Both the position numbers and the translations under genes were made by a program. Below, in pieces: positions 63,097 to 64,000 of a DNA stretch of 64,000 bases (positions are counted from its first letter, which is position 1; each line of letters opens with the position of its first letter). The DNA lies in NCBI RefSeq assembly GCF_009914755.1, contig NC_060945.1; one strand, written 5' to 3'. The notes under the pieces were generated by a model. The model did not search any database, had not been told where the DNA came from, and worked only from the letters and a program-made list of their open reading frames with translations. The DNA comes from the human T2T-CHM13v2.0 reference genome, Homo sapiens.

Positions 63097-64000
63097 TTAT
63101 TTTTTTCAATCATACATCTTTATTCAATTCTATATGTCATCACCTTGTAAAATATTTTAAGACATACTTCTCATAAAAGCCAAGAATTGCAAATATTCCA
63201 AAAGTTCACCAACATTAGAAGGGATAAATAAATTATATGAATAGATAATGAAATCCTATAAAGTAATAAAATTAAATAAACTAGGCTAGATCAACAACAT
63301 GAATGACCCAAACTGTTGAACAAAAAAAAGCAACATACAAAATAATACATACATACAGAATTTTATTCTGCTTACATAATGTTCGAAAGCAGGCAAAAGT
63401 AAACCATATTGTTCAGGTGGCAAAATGATTTTATTTCAAGATCAAAAAAGTTAGGATGATATTCATGGCTAAGGGGAAGGAATGAATTTAGAATCAGAGA
63501 GGAACAAAGCAGGCTGCTGGGGTAGGCTGGTGTCAGACTCCTTCTGCCCCTGAGCGGTGGTTACACTGGTGTTAGCTTGATGATTAAAGCACCAAATCCT
63601 ACGCATTCATCGTGTGCAAGATTCTATATGGAACACTGCATCTCACAATGAAATAATCTCACACATCTTTGTAATTTAAAGAGGTTAATGTCAGAAAATA
63701 TACCATCAATTTCTTCTCCTCCATGTAACCTGAAGGCATTCATAATTTTACATCATGCCTCCAATTCCTCACTTGTTATTTTGTTAGTAAAACCCAATTT
63801 CTATTTTTTAAATTTGTATCACTTTTCAGTAACTATTTATGGCCTACTTAGCTGACTTTACAACTACAATCATAAGACTCATTTAATTATTTTTTTCACT
63901 ATTGACCATTAGTCATTTTGAGGTTTTCTTTTTAATTTCCAGTAGCTTAAGAAGAGAACGTTATTAGCAGTCTACTTTTTTAGCCAATTATTATCTGAAA

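Overview
Repeat-rich, AT-rich primate genomic DNA, very probably human: it carries a young L1HS-type element and a protein I recognise as human KRTAP11-1, which lies in the chromosome 21q22 keratin-associated-protein cluster. The only supported gene is the single-exon hair keratin-associated protein gene KRTAP11-1 (46776-47267, minus strand). It has a TATA box, a LEF1/HK-1 motif, a HOXC13-type motif, AP-1 motifs and a polyA signal. Everything else I can identify is interspersed repeat (about 20 Alus, three clear L1 copies with target-site duplications (TSDs), MaLR/ERVL/ERV1 LTRs, DNA-transposon fossils, L2/MIR) or microsatellite. I found no evidence for a novel multi-gene biological system. 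The most notable observations are mutational footprints read directly from the sequence: (1) a pre-Ta-type L1HS with a twin-priming inversion missing about 2.4 kb; (2) a multi-step templated insertion inside a (TA)n tract at 34.7-35.2 kb; (3) a perfect 149-bp tandem duplication; (4) a perfect 35-bp-arm hairpin in apparently unique sequence; (5) a template-switch hairpin inside an Alu; (6) a possible MLT2/MaLR chimeric retroelement; and (7) a Ser where the repeat register predicts Cys at codon 111 of KRTAP11-1. Repeat subfamily names come from recalled consensus sequences and were not computed; they need RepeatMasker/Dfam confirmation.
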